Shown: piece after piece, positions 1 to 9,355 of the stretch
Numbering within the stretch: position 1 is the first letter of the stretch
Layout of the letters: each line of letters opens with the position of its first letter
Sequence record: DRR378314_2666
Direction: 5' to 3' (one strand)
DNA length: 48,273 bases
Translations under genes and position numbers: made by a program
Notes under the pieces: generated by a model
What the model was told of the DNA's origin: nothing
The model's database searches: none
What the model saw: only the letters and a program-made list of their open reading frames with translations

Positions 1-1
1 C

Positions 2-481
2 CTGTCGCTGCTGCTGCTGTTCATCGGCATCGGATTGGACCGGGGTGTATTGACCATCGTGCTGGCCCACACCACGTTTTCCATGTGTTATGTTTCTGTG
101 GTTGTTTCCTCGCGGTTGGTTACCTTCGATCGCTCGTTGGAAGAGGCGGCGCTCGACCTTGGTTCAACCCCTTGGGAGGCGTTCCGGCTGGTCACCTTGC
201 CCATCATCGCCCCTGCAGTGATTTCCGGCTGGCTGCTGGCATTCACGCTTAGTCTGGATGATCTTGTAATTGCGTCCTTTACGTCCGGTCCTTCGGCCAC
301 AACCCTGCCGATCAAGATATTCTCGGCTGTGCGCCTTGGGGTCTCGCCAGAGATCAACGCATTGTCGACGATCATGATCCTGATCGTGACCGTTGGTGTT
401 GTAACGGCGTCGCTGGTGACCAAACGCAATGCAATTCGCGCCCAGAACGATGCGCAGGCGGCAGAGCGCGCAACTGGCTGA
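2..481 (+). CDS. Polyamine (putrescine/spermidine) ABC transporter permease, PotC/PotI family, 5' partial
   Basis: Frame open from window start (LSLLLLFIGIGLDRG...). Has the EAA loop 'LEEAALDLGS' and the 'AFTLSLDD...TTLP...SPEINAL' motifs of PotC/PotI. Confidence 0.9.
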   Translation: MSLLLLFIGIGLDRGVLTIVLAHTTFSMCYVSVVVSSRLVTFDRSLEEAALDLGSTPWEAFRLVTLPIIAPAVISGWLLAFTLSLDDLVIASFTSGPSATTLPIKIFSAVRLGVSPEINALSTIMILIVTVGVVTASLVTKRNAIRAQNDAQAAERATG

Positions 482-1809
482 TGAAGCGGATTTATCCCGA
501 TTTCGCCTATTCGGACGCGCCGCGCGCAGGGTGCTGGTGGGATGAAACCTGTGACATCCTGTCAAGGCCCCCGTTAGGCGCGGACCATCGGTGTGATGTG
601 GCAATCATCGGTGGTGGCTTTACCGGAATTTCAGCGGCGCTTCATCTGGCGCAAGCAGGGGTTTCAGTGGCGGTTTTGGAAAGCCGTTACGTTGGCTGGG
701 GTGCCTCCGGGCGCAACGGCGGCTTTTGCTGTTTGGGCGGCGGGATGCTGAACAATCAACAGTTGGACAAGACCTTTGGCAGGCAGGGCCGCGATGAATG
801 GCGGCAGGCGGAAAAGGCCTCGATCCAATTTGTCGAAGGGTTGATTGACCGTATTGGCATGGATGTTGACCGGCACTCAAACGGAGAAACCCAACTTGCG
901 CACCGCGCCAGCGACTTTGAAAAGATGAAAGGTGATCTGGAGTATTACGCCAAAAGCTACGGGGTAGAAGCACGTTTGACGCCCAAGAGTGAATTGGCGT
1001 CTGAGGGCATGAATGCGGGGTTTGAGGGAGCCATCACCGTTCCAATCGGTTTTGGTCTCAATCCGCGCAAATATATCACTGGTTTGGCAGGAGCTGCCGA
1101 AGCCGCAGGTGCGCGAATTTTCCATGATACGCCAGTGACCGCCATCGCGCGCCCCGGTACGGGGTTTGAATTGACCACGCCACACGGAAAACTGCGGGCG
1201 GATAATGTTATAGTGGCCACAAACGGCTACTCAGCTGAAGATCTGCCCGATTGGTTGGCAGGCCGCTATATGCCGACACAATCCAGCATTATCGTCACCC
1301 GCCCTATGGCAGAGGCAGAATTGCATGCGCAGGGCTGGGCCAGCGGACAGGCGTCCTATGATTCGCGTCATTTGTTACATTACTTCCGGCTGATGCCTGA
1401 CAACCGTATGCTGTTCGGTGTGCGTGGTGGGTTGATGGCAACCCCGGATTCAGAGGCGCGCGCAATCAAACGGGCGCGTGCGGATTTCGATGCGATGTTC
1501 CCCGCATGGCGCGGGGTCGAAACGCCAAACAGCTGGTCCGGGATGGTCTGTATCGCCCGAAACCGGATGCCTTTTGTCGGTCAAGTGCCGGACAGTCCGG
1601 GGCTGTTTGCCAGCCTTTGTTACCATGGCAATGGCGTAGCGATGGGAAGCTATTGTGGTGGGCTGCTGGCCGATTTGGTGCAGGGCAAAACGCCAGATCA
1701 GATCTATCCAAAAGCGGTTCAGCGGCCGCTTGCCAAATTTGAACTTGGCCGTTGGCGCCGTGCAGTGATGCCATTCGCATACGCTGGTTTCGCATTGAAA
1801 GATCGTTAG
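481..1809 (+). CDS. FAD-dependent oxidoreductase, DAO/PuuB (gamma-glutamylputrescine oxidase) family
   Basis: GGGFTG dinucleotide motif, 'GASGRNGG', 'YHGNGV'. Start overlaps the permease stop (TGATG). Confidence 0.85.
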   Translation: MKRIYPDFAYSDAPRAGCWWDETCDILSRPPLGADHRCDVAIIGGGFTGISAALHLAQAGVSVAVLESRYVGWGASGRNGGFCCLGGGMLNNQQLDKTFGRQGRDEWRQAEKASIQFVEGLIDRIGMDVDRHSNGETQLAHRASDFEKMKGDLEYYAKSYGVEARLTPKSELASEGMNAGFEGAITVPIGFGLNPRKYITGLAGAAEAAGARIFHDTPVTAIARPGTGFELTTPHGKLRADNVIVATNGYSAEDLPDWLAGRYMPTQSSIIVTRPMAEAELHAQGWASGQASYDSRHLLHYFRLMPDNRMLFGVRGGLMATPDSEARAIKRARADFDAMFPAWRGVETPNSWSGMVCIARNRMPFVGQVPDSPGLFASLCYHGNGVAMGSYCGGLLADLVQGKTPDQIYPKAVQRPLAKFELGRWRRAVMPFAYAGFALKDR

Positions 1810-1825
1810 GGTCCTGATCTCAAGA

Positions 1826-2503
1826 TCAGACAGGTGGTTCACGCAGACCGTCAACATCACTTGCCAGAATGGCGCTGCCACCTTCAAGGATCAGGACCGT
1901 GCCCCCATCATCTTGCCGGCGGGTTTCAACAATGCGGCCATAGGTTTCGGTGGGCTCTGACAAAATCACCTCGCCATTTGCGTGACTTTCAATGTCAAAG
2001 CTGTAGGTCCCGACAGGAAAGGCGGAGCCGTCACTTGACACCCCAGCCCATTCAACCGGCTCGGCCGAGACTGGCAGCTGTAGGCGCTGTACTTCTTCAC
2101 CAGTGCTGTCGCGCACGACAAGGTAGACCTCGTCAGAGGCGGCAGCCGGGTTCGGGTGGATCACAATCGGGCTGCCATCAAACAGAACCGGGGCGGTTGT
2201 GCGTGCCTCCATCCCAATCCAGCTTGCCAGCTCTGCCATGTTGCCGGACCCGATTTGCGATGCGAGAGAGGTCAGCAGATCATTTGACAGGACCTGCTGT
2301 TCGACCATCGAAAACTGAGCCAATTGCGCGGCATATTGTGAGGAATCAATAGGTTCAAGCGGGTCCTGAAACCGAGCTTGTGCCGTCAACATTTTCAAAA
2401 AGGTTTCAAAGTCAGAGGAAAGAACCTGCTGGGTTTGCGGTGTGCTGCTGGCAGTGGCACCTGGGGCAGAGGCATTTGCAATGGGGGATGAATTGATGTC
2501 CAT
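1826..2503 (-). CDS. flgD: Flagellar hook capping protein FlgD
   Basis: 'FETFLKMLTAQARFQDPLEP...AQLAQFSMVEQ' FlgD signature; downstream of fliK. Confidence 0.95.
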   Translation of the reverse strand: MDINSSPIANASAPGATASSTPQTQQVLSSDFETFLKMLTAQARFQDPLEPIDSSQYAAQLAQFSMVEQQVLSNDLLTSLASQIGSGNMAELASWIGMEARTTAPVLFDGSPIVIHPNPAAASDEVYLVVRDSTGEEVQRLQLPVSAEPVEWAGVSSDGSAFPVGTYSFDIESHANGEVILSEPTETYGRIVETRRQDDGGTVLILEGGSAILASDVDGLREPPV

Positions 2504-2515
2504 GTGTGATCCTGT

Positions 2516-4078
2516 TCAAAGCCGGATATCAAGGCCAGTTTCTAAACTGGCATTTAAGGCAATTTGCGCCGTTGCAACGACGGATTCATCCGAAGTGACG
2601 CTGCCCTTTGAGCCGGCAGAAGAATGCGCCTCTCCATCGGTTTCTTCCTGTTGCTGTCCCCCGCCCGAAAATGAAAAGGCGATGTCGCTGTACCCGATGT
2701 CCTGAAAGGCGGCTTCCAAATGTGAAATATGTCGGCGCAGAAGGTCGACGGTTTCCTGACGTTCGGCCAGCACGTTGACAACAATCCCCGCCTCGGATGA
2801 TGACAGCGCAAGGCGTACCCGGCCAAGCTCTTCAGGATTCAGGGAGATTTCCACCGGTCGGTTTGGCATCGTTTGCAATGCTTCTGCGATCTGGCGGGCA
2901 ACATATTGCGCAATTGGTGCCGTTGGCGGCAGCGACTGAGGATGCTGCAATGATGATGCGGATGAGATATCAGCCCGCATGGAGTAAAGCGGTTCCGCGT
3001 CAATCAGGCTTGTGGTGGCCTTGCCCGGGTCCAGTGCAGACAGGGGCAAAGACAGGGATTGGGCGGCTGGAGTTGGCACGTTCTTGACGGCGGGTGCCAC
3101 GGGAGCGGCTTGTTTCACCGATAGAACGGTCTGGATGGCAATGTCAGAGGTGGCGATCCGGTCCGCAGGAGCTTTGCGTGATGCCTTATCGGCGAGGGGC
3201 AGCACTGTGTTGAGCAGTTGCACGGTGAGAGGAGCCACTGGCGCGGTGGTGACAGTGGTGGGCGAGATTGGCATTGCGCGATCAGGGGCCGGTATCGGTG
3301 GCAGAGCGTGTGGTTGGGAGGCCGCCAGCGTCGCAACAGGATAGGTGAGTGCGTTTTGGGCCGCGCTCTTCTGCGGAGCGGCAGGGGTGTGAGGCGCAGT
3401 GGAACGCGGCAGCTCTGCCAGTGATGATTGGTCTGATGCAGAGCCTCTTGGTGACAGGGGTGGTGGCAGATCTGATGCAGATTTTTCTCCCTGAACTGCC
3501 TGCTGCGCCACTTGGGACGTGATCATGCGTGACGGTTTCTGGGAAAGCTCAACGTGTGTATCAACCGAAGCCTTCTCCGATAACATATTGTGTCTCTGTA
3601 GCGGCTTTGTTGATATTTCAGCTATTGCAACCGGTGGTTCGACCGCCTGTTTCGCTCCCGCTGGCACCTGCACATCTGCGGGGCGCGGCGGGGTAACTTG
3701 CAGCTCACCGTTTCCAACAGATTTAGCTTCCTGCAGTGTCAGCTCATTTCTACCCACCGTGGCAAACTCGGCTTTCTGCACAGCCGGGCTTTCTGACTTT
3801 TGTGGTTTTTCCGTTTCGGAAGGGATTGGCTGGCCTTCCGCTACATCCGCTTCTAACGCGCCCTCAGTATCCGTGGGGACAATCGGGGACGCCTTGACCT
3901 TTTCGTCGCTGGGCACAGTAGAAAGCCCAGTGAAAATAGCGATAAAGCTTTGATCCTTTTGTTCAGGCTGCGCCTTGCGGTCGGTTGGCGGTTTTGCGTT
4001 TTCGATCTCTCCGCCGGAAGCGGGATGAGGACCTGCACCTTTTGCCGGCAACAGACTTTGAGTCAAAATGGAATGCAC
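2516..4078 (-). CDS. fliK: Flagellar hook-length control protein FliK
   Basis: Long P/A/S/T-rich low-complexity N-terminus; C-terminal 'ISLNPEELGRVRL...LLRRHISHL' FliK domain. Confidence 0.9.
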   Translation of the reverse strand: MHSILTQSLLPAKGAGPHPASGGEIENAKPPTDRKAQPEQKDQSFIAIFTGLSTVPSDEKVKASPIVPTDTEGALEADVAEGQPIPSETEKPQKSESPAVQKAEFATVGRNELTLQEAKSVGNGELQVTPPRPADVQVPAGAKQAVEPPVAIAEISTKPLQRHNMLSEKASVDTHVELSQKPSRMITSQVAQQAVQGEKSASDLPPPLSPRGSASDQSSLAELPRSTAPHTPAAPQKSAAQNALTYPVATLAASQPHALPPIPAPDRAMPISPTTVTTAPVAPLTVQLLNTVLPLADKASRKAPADRIATSDIAIQTVLSVKQAAPVAPAVKNVPTPAAQSLSLPLSALDPGKATTSLIDAEPLYSMRADISSASSLQHPQSLPPTAPIAQYVARQIAEALQTMPNRPVEISLNPEELGRVRLALSSSEAGIVVNVLAERQETVDLLRRHISHLEAAFQDIGYSDIAFSFSGGGQQQEETDGEAHSSAGSKGSVTSDESVVATAQIALNASLETGLDIRL

Positions 4079-4129
4079 GATGTCCTCCGGGATTTCTTCT
4101 CCGATTGGGACGGTTATGCGCGAACATCC

Positions 4130-4144
4130 TTACCAGTTGTTTAC
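4130..4144. promoter_or_regulatory. Degenerate CtrA-like box (TTAC-cagttgt-TTAC) between divergent fliK and flgJ
   Basis: N7-spaced half sites resembling TTAA-N7-TTAA, one mismatch in each half, in a divergent promoter. Confidence 0.45.
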
Positions 4145-4194
4145 TGAAATCGGCGCATGTTCGGCAAAGTAGACAGCAATTTAAGGACTCCGCC

Positions 4195-4476
4195 ATGGAC
4201 GCGATCCGCCCCGCTGCGACCTCCGTACCGCAGCCGCATGAAGATAAGGCCCTGCGCCAAGCTGCAAAGCAGCTTGAGGCCGGCTTTCTTGCAGAAATGC
4301 TTAAATCAGCGGGGCTTGGTGCCTCACCTGAAGGGTTCGGCGGGGGGGCAGGCGAGGATCAGTTTGCCTCCTTCCTCGTCGCTGAACAAGCCAAAGCCAT
4401 GGTTGAAGCCGGGGGGATTGGGCTAAGCGAATCGATTTATGAAGCACTCAAGGAGAGAAACGATGACGGCGAATAG
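4195..4476 (+). CDS. flgJ: Single-domain rod-binding protein FlgJ (no muramidase domain)
   Basis: 'AAKQLEAGFLAEMLKSAG...GGGAGEDQF...GGIGLSESIY' Rod-binding motif. ATG at 4195 follows AAGGA; 93 aa. Confidence 0.85.
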   Translation: MDAIRPAATSVPQPHEDKALRQAAKQLEAGFLAEMLKSAGLGASPEGFGGGAGEDQFASFLVAEQAKAMVEAGGIGLSESIYEALKERNDDGE

Positions 4477-4822
4477 TAATGCGACCACAACTGAGGAACT
4501 GAGTGACCTATTGGACGCAGAGCGCGAGGCCCTGCTGAAGGGCGATCTGGAAAAACTGAATGCGCTGCTGGTATCCAAGGAGTTGCTGATCGAAGCCGTA
4601 AATGCAGTGCCTCAAACCGATTTGACCACGATGGAAATGCTGGACAAGAAGGTAAAGCGCAACCAATTGTTGCTGGATGGTGCACTTGAGGGCATTCGCG
4701 CCGTGGCGGCCCGTATGGCCCGCCTGCGCGAAGTAAAAGGTGCGTTGGAGACATATGGTGCGGACGGGAAACGTCATGACATCCAGCTGGATATCGACAG
4801 TTCTGTGGAACACCGGGTTTGA
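4463..4822 (+). CDS. flgN: FlgN-like flagellar export chaperone
   Basis: 'LLDAEREALLKGDL...RNQLLLDGALEG...TYG' helical FlgN-like pattern; AAGGAG RBS; lies between flgJ and flagellin. Confidence 0.7.
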   Translation: MTANSNATTTEELSDLLDAEREALLKGDLEKLNALLVSKELLIEAVNAVPQTDLTTMEMLDKKVKRNQLLLDGALEGIRAVAARMARLREVKGALETYGADGKRHDIQLDIDSSVEHRV

Positions 4823-4860
4823 GCAGTTGATTAAAAACCCTGTGACTTGGCTTGGCCTGA

Positions 4861-4875
4861 TTCAGAGTTCGTTAA
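4861..4875 (+). promoter_or_regulatory. CtrA-like box (TTCA-gagttcg-TTAA) upstream of flagellin
   Basis: One mismatch to TTAA-N7-TTAA, about 150 nt upstream of fliC. Confidence 0.6.
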
Positions 4876-5026
4876 GACAACTGCGCCAAATCTGAGCGTG
4901 CATCCGAGGTCGGGTGGCGCATCTTTTGGAACAAAAGCATGCATAGTTCAGAATGACATTCCGTCCAGCCCCAGGGGGGGTGGGACACAACGGACGCAAA
5001 GCGTCTATGACTGAAGGAACATGCTT

Positions 5027-5854
5027 ATGTCGAGCATCATCACGAACAACAGCGCAATGGTTGCCTTGCAGACATTGAAATCCATTAATTCAAATCTCTC
5101 CGATACCCAAAACGAAATTGCAACGGGTAAGGAAATCAGCTCTGCAAAGGACAACTCTGCGATCTGGGCGATTTCCAAAGTAATGGAAGCCGATGTTGCC
5201 GGTTTTGACGCTGTATCGAAATCTTTGGCGGTGGGCGAGGCGACGCTTGGTGTTGCGTCTGCCGGTGCGGAATCTATCGTCGAGACGCTGAAGGAAATGG
5301 AAGGTTTGGCGGTCTCCGGCGGCAGTGAGACGGCGGATTTCACCAAAATTCAGGCTGAAATGCTGCAAAAGGTAGCGCAAATCGCCGATACGATCGAAGC
5401 ATCGCAGTTCAACGGCGTTAACTTGCTTTCTACTGCTGGTGCTGGTTTAACAGTTGTTTCGTCGGTTAACCGCGTTGGCACAGCGGCAGCAACAACTGAC
5501 ACGATCACAGTGGCAAACCTGGATTTTGAAGCAAACATTGATACGGCTGGCATGACCGCAATCACCGATGCGGCAAGTGCCGCGACTGCGTTTGGTGAAA
5601 TTCAGGTCATGCTGACAACTGCACTGGCTGGTGCCTCAACAATCGGTTCGGCAGCTAGCCGTGTTGAAGATCAGGGGGTATTCGTTTCCAAGCTCTCGGA
5701 CTCCCTGAAGTCCGGCATTGGTGCCTTGGTCGATACGGATATGGAGGCGGCCTCCGCCCGTCTGCAAGCTTTGCAGACACAACAGCAACTGGGCGTTCAG
5801 GCCCTGTCGATTGCCAATCAGGCACCGCAGACCATCCTGTCACTCTTCCGTTAA
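5027..5854 (+). CDS. fliC: Flagellin (alternative start 5021)
   Basis: N-terminal 'SSIITNNSAMVALQTL...IATGKEISSAKDN' and C-terminal 'DMEAASARLQALQTQQQLGVQALSIANQAPQTILSLFR' flagellin domains. Confidence 0.97.
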   Translation: MSSIITNNSAMVALQTLKSINSNLSDTQNEIATGKEISSAKDNSAIWAISKVMEADVAGFDAVSKSLAVGEATLGVASAGAESIVETLKEMEGLAVSGGSETADFTKIQAEMLQKVAQIADTIEASQFNGVNLLSTAGAGLTVVSSVNRVGTAAATTDTITVANLDFEANIDTAGMTAITDAASAATAFGEIQVMLTTALAGASTIGSAASRVEDQGVFVSKLSDSLKSGIGALVDTDMEAASARLQALQTQQQLGVQALSIANQAPQTILSLFR

Positions 5855-5860
5855 ACCATT

Positions 5861-5895
5861 GGATCGGGGGCGGGACTGGCCCGCCCCCGGTATCC
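5861..5895 (+). terminator. GC-rich stem-loop after flagellin (terminator or mRNA-stabilising hairpin)
   Basis: cgggggcggg-actgg-cccgcccccg perfect 10-bp stem; no U-tract. Confidence 0.6.
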
Positions 5896-5926
5896 GCATA
5901 CCATCCAGCAATAGGTAAGGTTTAAC

Positions 5927-6298
5927 GTGAACGCATCATTAAAAGCCCGGCATGCTTATGCCCCGACATCTGCGCCCATTCGGTCAAATCGCGGCATTGA
6001 ATACGATGTGATTGCCCGCATCACATTTCGACTTAAGAAAGCCGTCGAGCAAGGTGAGTTCGGCCCGCTGGTCGAAGCTCTGCACGAGAACCGCAACCTT
6101 TGGCGTGTTTTGGCAATCGATGTTGCTTCTCCCGAAAACCAATTGCCAAAGGACTTGCGAGCCCGGCTTTTCTATCTTGCGGAATTCACGGATCATCACA
6201 CCAGCAAGGTCATCAGCAGGAAGGACTCTGCCATTCCTCTGCTTGAAGTAAACACAGCGGTCCTGAGGGGACTTAAACCACAGGGGTTGGACAGATGA
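5927..6298 (+). CDS. flaF: Flagellar biosynthesis regulator FlaF
   Basis: 'ALHENRNLW...NQLPKDLRARLFYLAEF...LLEVN...GL' FlaF motif; GTG start. Confidence 0.93.
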   Translation: MNASLKARHAYAPTSAPIRSNRGIEYDVIARITFRLKKAVEQGEFGPLVEALHENRNLWRVLAIDVASPENQLPKDLRARLFYLAEFTDHHTSKVISRKDSAIPLLEVNTAVLRGLKPQGLDR

Positions 6299-6699
6299 GC
6301 GGGCTTGTTCTTAAGCTCAGCCCGAAGGAACGTGTTTTGATCAATGGTGCAGTGATCGAAAATGGTGACCGCCGCAGTCGGCTGTCCATTATGACGCCGG
6401 ACGCACATATTTTGCGTTTGCGTGACGCGGTCCACCCAGAGGAAGCAACCACACCTGTAAGGCGCTTGTGTTTTGCCGTCCAATTGGTGCTGTCGGGAGA
6501 CAGGGATCCGGGCAAGGCGCACTCTGACCTTTTGCGTCAAATTGAGGATCTGAGCCAGGTTTTTCAGGATAGGGATAGCCGTCGCATTCTTGCAGAATCC
6601 AGCACGGCAATCATTGAAGAACAGCACTATCGCGCGCTTAAGGCGTTGCGCAGCATGATCCCCAGAGAAGACCGCCTTTTGGCGGTTCGGCCAAGCTGA
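6295..6699 (+). CDS. flbT: Flagellin translational regulator FlbT
   Basis: 'LKLSPKERVLINGAVIEN...PEEATTP...YRALKALR' FlbT signature. Confidence 0.95.
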   Translation: MSGLVLKLSPKERVLINGAVIENGDRRSRLSIMTPDAHILRLRDAVHPEEATTPVRRLCFAVQLVLSGDRDPGKAHSDLLRQIEDLSQVFQDRDSRRILAESSTAIIEEQHYRALKALRSMIPREDRLLAVRPS

Positions 6700-7487
6700 T
6701 GTTTCAACCCATTGTTCCTGCGGACGGCCTGTCAGGTTGGCGGTTTTTGCAGCGCACCTATGAGGTGCAGGCCGAGGTATTTAACAGATCCACAGTCATT
6801 CAGCGCGATACAGACTATTTTGCAGATAAGATTTCTGAGGTGACAACAGCTGAAGAACTGGTTTCCGACCGTCGTTTGCTGACCGTCGCGCTGGGGGCCT
6901 TCGGTCTTCAGGATGACATCAACAACCGGTACTTCATCCAGAAAATCCTGGAAGAGGGAACAAACAGCGATGATGCATTGTCGATGCGTTTGTCAGACAC
7001 ACGGTATCGCAAACTGTCAGCCGCCTTTGGTTTTGGCCCTGTTGCGGACAAACAAGTAGGCGAGGCTGGCTTTGCCGAAAACATCATCGCCAAATTTCAA
7101 TCCAACAGTTTTGAAGTGGCAGCCGGGGACCAAAACAGCGCGATGCGTGTTGCACTTTATGCAGAGCGGGAATTGTCGCAGCTGGCTGCGGGGGATGAAT
7201 CTACAAATGCGAAATGGTTCACCATCATGGGCGACCCACCTTTGCGTCAACTGTTCGAAAAAGCTCTGAATTTGCCAGAGTCGATTGGCTCGATCGACAT
7301 TGACCAGCAACTGAGAGTTTTCAAAGACCGCGCTGTTTCAGTCTTTGGCAGCGATGATCTGTCACTGTTTGAGGACCCTGATTTGATGCAGGAGGCCATC
7401 ACCAAATTCATCGTGCGTGACCAGATTGGTGTAAACGGCGGGATGTCTGGCGGCTATATCGCTCTGACGTTGTTGCAGGGGTTCTAG
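6699..7487 (+). CDS. DUF1217 family flagellar-associated protein
   Basis: 'LVSDRRLLTVALGAFGL...DIDQQ' motifs typical of DUF1217; conserved position after flbT. Confidence 0.8.
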   Translation: MFQPIVPADGLSGWRFLQRTYEVQAEVFNRSTVIQRDTDYFADKISEVTTAEELVSDRRLLTVALGAFGLQDDINNRYFIQKILEEGTNSDDALSMRLSDTRYRKLSAAFGFGPVADKQVGEAGFAENIIAKFQSNSFEVAAGDQNSAMRVALYAERELSQLAAGDESTNAKWFTIMGDPPLRQLFEKALNLPESIGSIDIDQQLRVFKDRAVSVFGSDDLSLFEDPDLMQEAITKFIVRDQIGVNGGMSGGYIALTLLQGF

Positions 7488-7493
7488 ACTGCC

Positions 7494-8870
7494 CTAGCCG
7501 CCCTCGCCCGCTGTGGCCTGTGGCCGGTGTGAGGGTTTGGCGGCAGCTTTGGCCCGGCGTAGAATGAGGTTCAGTTGTTGAAAGCTATGGGTGCAGTCTT
7601 GTGGGGCCTCCTGACCCAGGAAATCGTCCAGATCTGACCATAAGGCGATGGCCTGATCCAGCTCTGGGTCGGCCCCTTGGGTATACAGACCCGCCCGGAT
7701 CATCACCGAGTTCCGGTCATAAAGCCCCAGCAAACGGCGTGTTTGGTGCAGAAGGACATTTTCAGAAACAGTGGCTGCATTGGGCAGGCTGCGTGAAACG
7801 GATTGTAGTACGTCAATCGCCGGGTAACGACCACCCTCTGCAATGGCGCGGTCCAGCACGATATGCCCGTCCAGTACCCCGCGCAGTATATCCGCAATCG
7901 GTTCATCCATATCCGAACCGGCAACAAGTACAGAAAACAGGGCGGTGATATCCCCCTGATTGCCAAACCCGGGACCAGCGCGTTCACATAAGGACATGAT
8001 CATATGTGAGGTGGAGGGGGGGTAGCCACGCAGCACCGGTGCCTCACCAGCGGCGACTGCAACTTCGCGGTGGGCTTCGGCAAAGCGGGTAATCGAATCG
8101 GCAAGCAGCAAAACATTTTTGCCCTGATCCCGGAAGTGTTCAGCGACAGCCATCGCAGTCCAGGCGCAGCGGCGGCGTTTGAGCGCGGATTGGTCGGATG
8201 TGGCAGCGATGATAACCGTGCGTTTCAATCCTTCTTCACCGATCACCTCCTCGACAAAATGGCGTAATTCCCGACCGCGCTCACCAATCAATGCAATGAC
8301 GACAACGTCCGCATCAACACGGCTGGCCAAACGGCCCAAGAGGCTGCTTTTGCCCACGCCAGAACCGGCGAAAAGGCCCATCCGCTGGCCTTTTACCAAG
8401 GGCAACAACGTATTGGTCACGGCCATTCCGGTGCTTAACCGCGCACCCAACGCCCGCCGTTTTGCCGCATCAGGCGGCGCGCAGCGCAAGGGCCGAACCC
8501 GTGGGCCGCGCAACAGGGGTAAGCCATCCAGCGGGTGACCAGAGGGATCAACGATCCGTCCCATCCAAGTATCTGCAGGCGCGATGACACCCTCATGCGA
8601 AAGGACCGCGCGATTTTGGAGGGCAACGCCATCGGGCACTGCTTCCGGCAAGGCAATGATTGTGTCGCCGCGAAGCTGAACAACCTCGCTCCCCAAAGGA
8701 GGCTGGCCTTCCCGGTGCACCGTGATCCAATCGCCAATCCGGGCAATTGATGCCAATCCTGCAATCTCGATGATACCGGCCTTGACCCGTGTTACCCGAC
8801 CAACCGGGCGCACCGGGTGAAGGGACTCTATCTCGGCACGCAGGCCGCTGATCTGTGTGGGCGATTCCAT
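7494..8870 (-). CDS. fliI: Flagellar export ATPase FliI
   Basis: Walker A 'GSGVGKS', 'IGERGRE', 'DSITRFA', 'LDGHIVL', 'YPAIDV'. Start set at ATG 8870 because the longer ORF would overlap divergent flgB. Confidence 0.96.
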   Translation of the reverse strand: MESPTQISGLRAEIESLHPVRPVGRVTRVKAGIIEIAGLASIARIGDWITVHREGQPPLGSEVVQLRGDTIIALPEAVPDGVALQNRAVLSHEGVIAPADTWMGRIVDPSGHPLDGLPLLRGPRVRPLRCAPPDAAKRRALGARLSTGMAVTNTLLPLVKGQRMGLFAGSGVGKSSLLGRLASRVDADVVVIALIGERGRELRHFVEEVIGEEGLKRTVIIAATSDQSALKRRRCAWTAMAVAEHFRDQGKNVLLLADSITRFAEAHREVAVAAGEAPVLRGYPPSTSHMIMSLCERAGPGFGNQGDITALFSVLVAGSDMDEPIADILRGVLDGHIVLDRAIAEGGRYPAIDVLQSVSRSLPNAATVSENVLLHQTRRLLGLYDRNSVMIRAGLYTQGADPELDQAIALWSDLDDFLGQEAPQDCTHSFQQLNLILRRAKAAAKPSHRPQATAGEGG

Positions 8871-8914
8871 GACAATCCTTCCAAAGGCGCTCACCCTTTC
8901 TAAAGGAATCGGAG

Positions 8915-8929
8915 TTAAGCCTTGATTGA
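8915..8929. promoter_or_regulatory. CtrA-like box (TTAA-gccttga-TTGA) in the fliI/flgB divergent promoter
   Basis: One mismatch to the consensus; a GAATC site lies at 8906-8910. Confidence 0.6.
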
Positions 8930-8952
8930 AATCGGTCGAGGGAGAAGCCCCG

Positions 8953-9342
8953 ATGTTTGAGAACCTAGATATATTTCGCATGTCCGCCGCCATGGCGCGC
9001 CATGCTGGAAAGCAGCAAGCCGTGGTGGCGCAGAACGTAGCAAACGCGGATACGCCAGGGTATGGCGCGCGGGAAATGCCGGACTTTAAAACGTCCTATT
9101 TGCCGGCGGATACATCAGGCGCGCAACGCGCAACACGGACGCGGCATCTACATGGCAGCACGGATGGCGCCGGTTTACCTGAAGTGCAGGATGTAAGGGA
9201 GCAGTCCAGCCCGAATGGCAACCAAATTTCACTTGAAACGGAAATCCTGAAATCGGTGGATGCCAAGCGTCAGCATGATCGTGCATTGGCCATTTATAAG
9301 ACGTCCATTGGCGTGCTGCGCAGCACCCTGCGCACAACCTGA
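8953..9342 (+). CDS. flgB: Flagellar basal-body rod protein FlgB
   Basis: 'AQNVANADTPGY' and 'PNGNQISLE'; GGAG RBS before ATG 8953. Confidence 0.93.
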   Translation: MFENLDIFRMSAAMARHAGKQQAVVAQNVANADTPGYGAREMPDFKTSYLPADTSGAQRATRTRHLHGSTDGAGLPEVQDVREQSSPNGNQISLETEILKSVDAKRQHDRALAIYKTSIGVLRSTLRTT

Positions 9343-9355
9343 GGGGCCTGGATAG

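Noticed and set aside
2900..4078. Low-complexity P/A/S/T region as a repeat element
   Set aside because: Expected unstructured ruler region of FliK; no true tandem DNA repeats seen.
8871..8993. N-terminal extension of fliI
   Set aside because: It overlaps divergent flgB and the shared promoter; ATG 8870 is more plausible.
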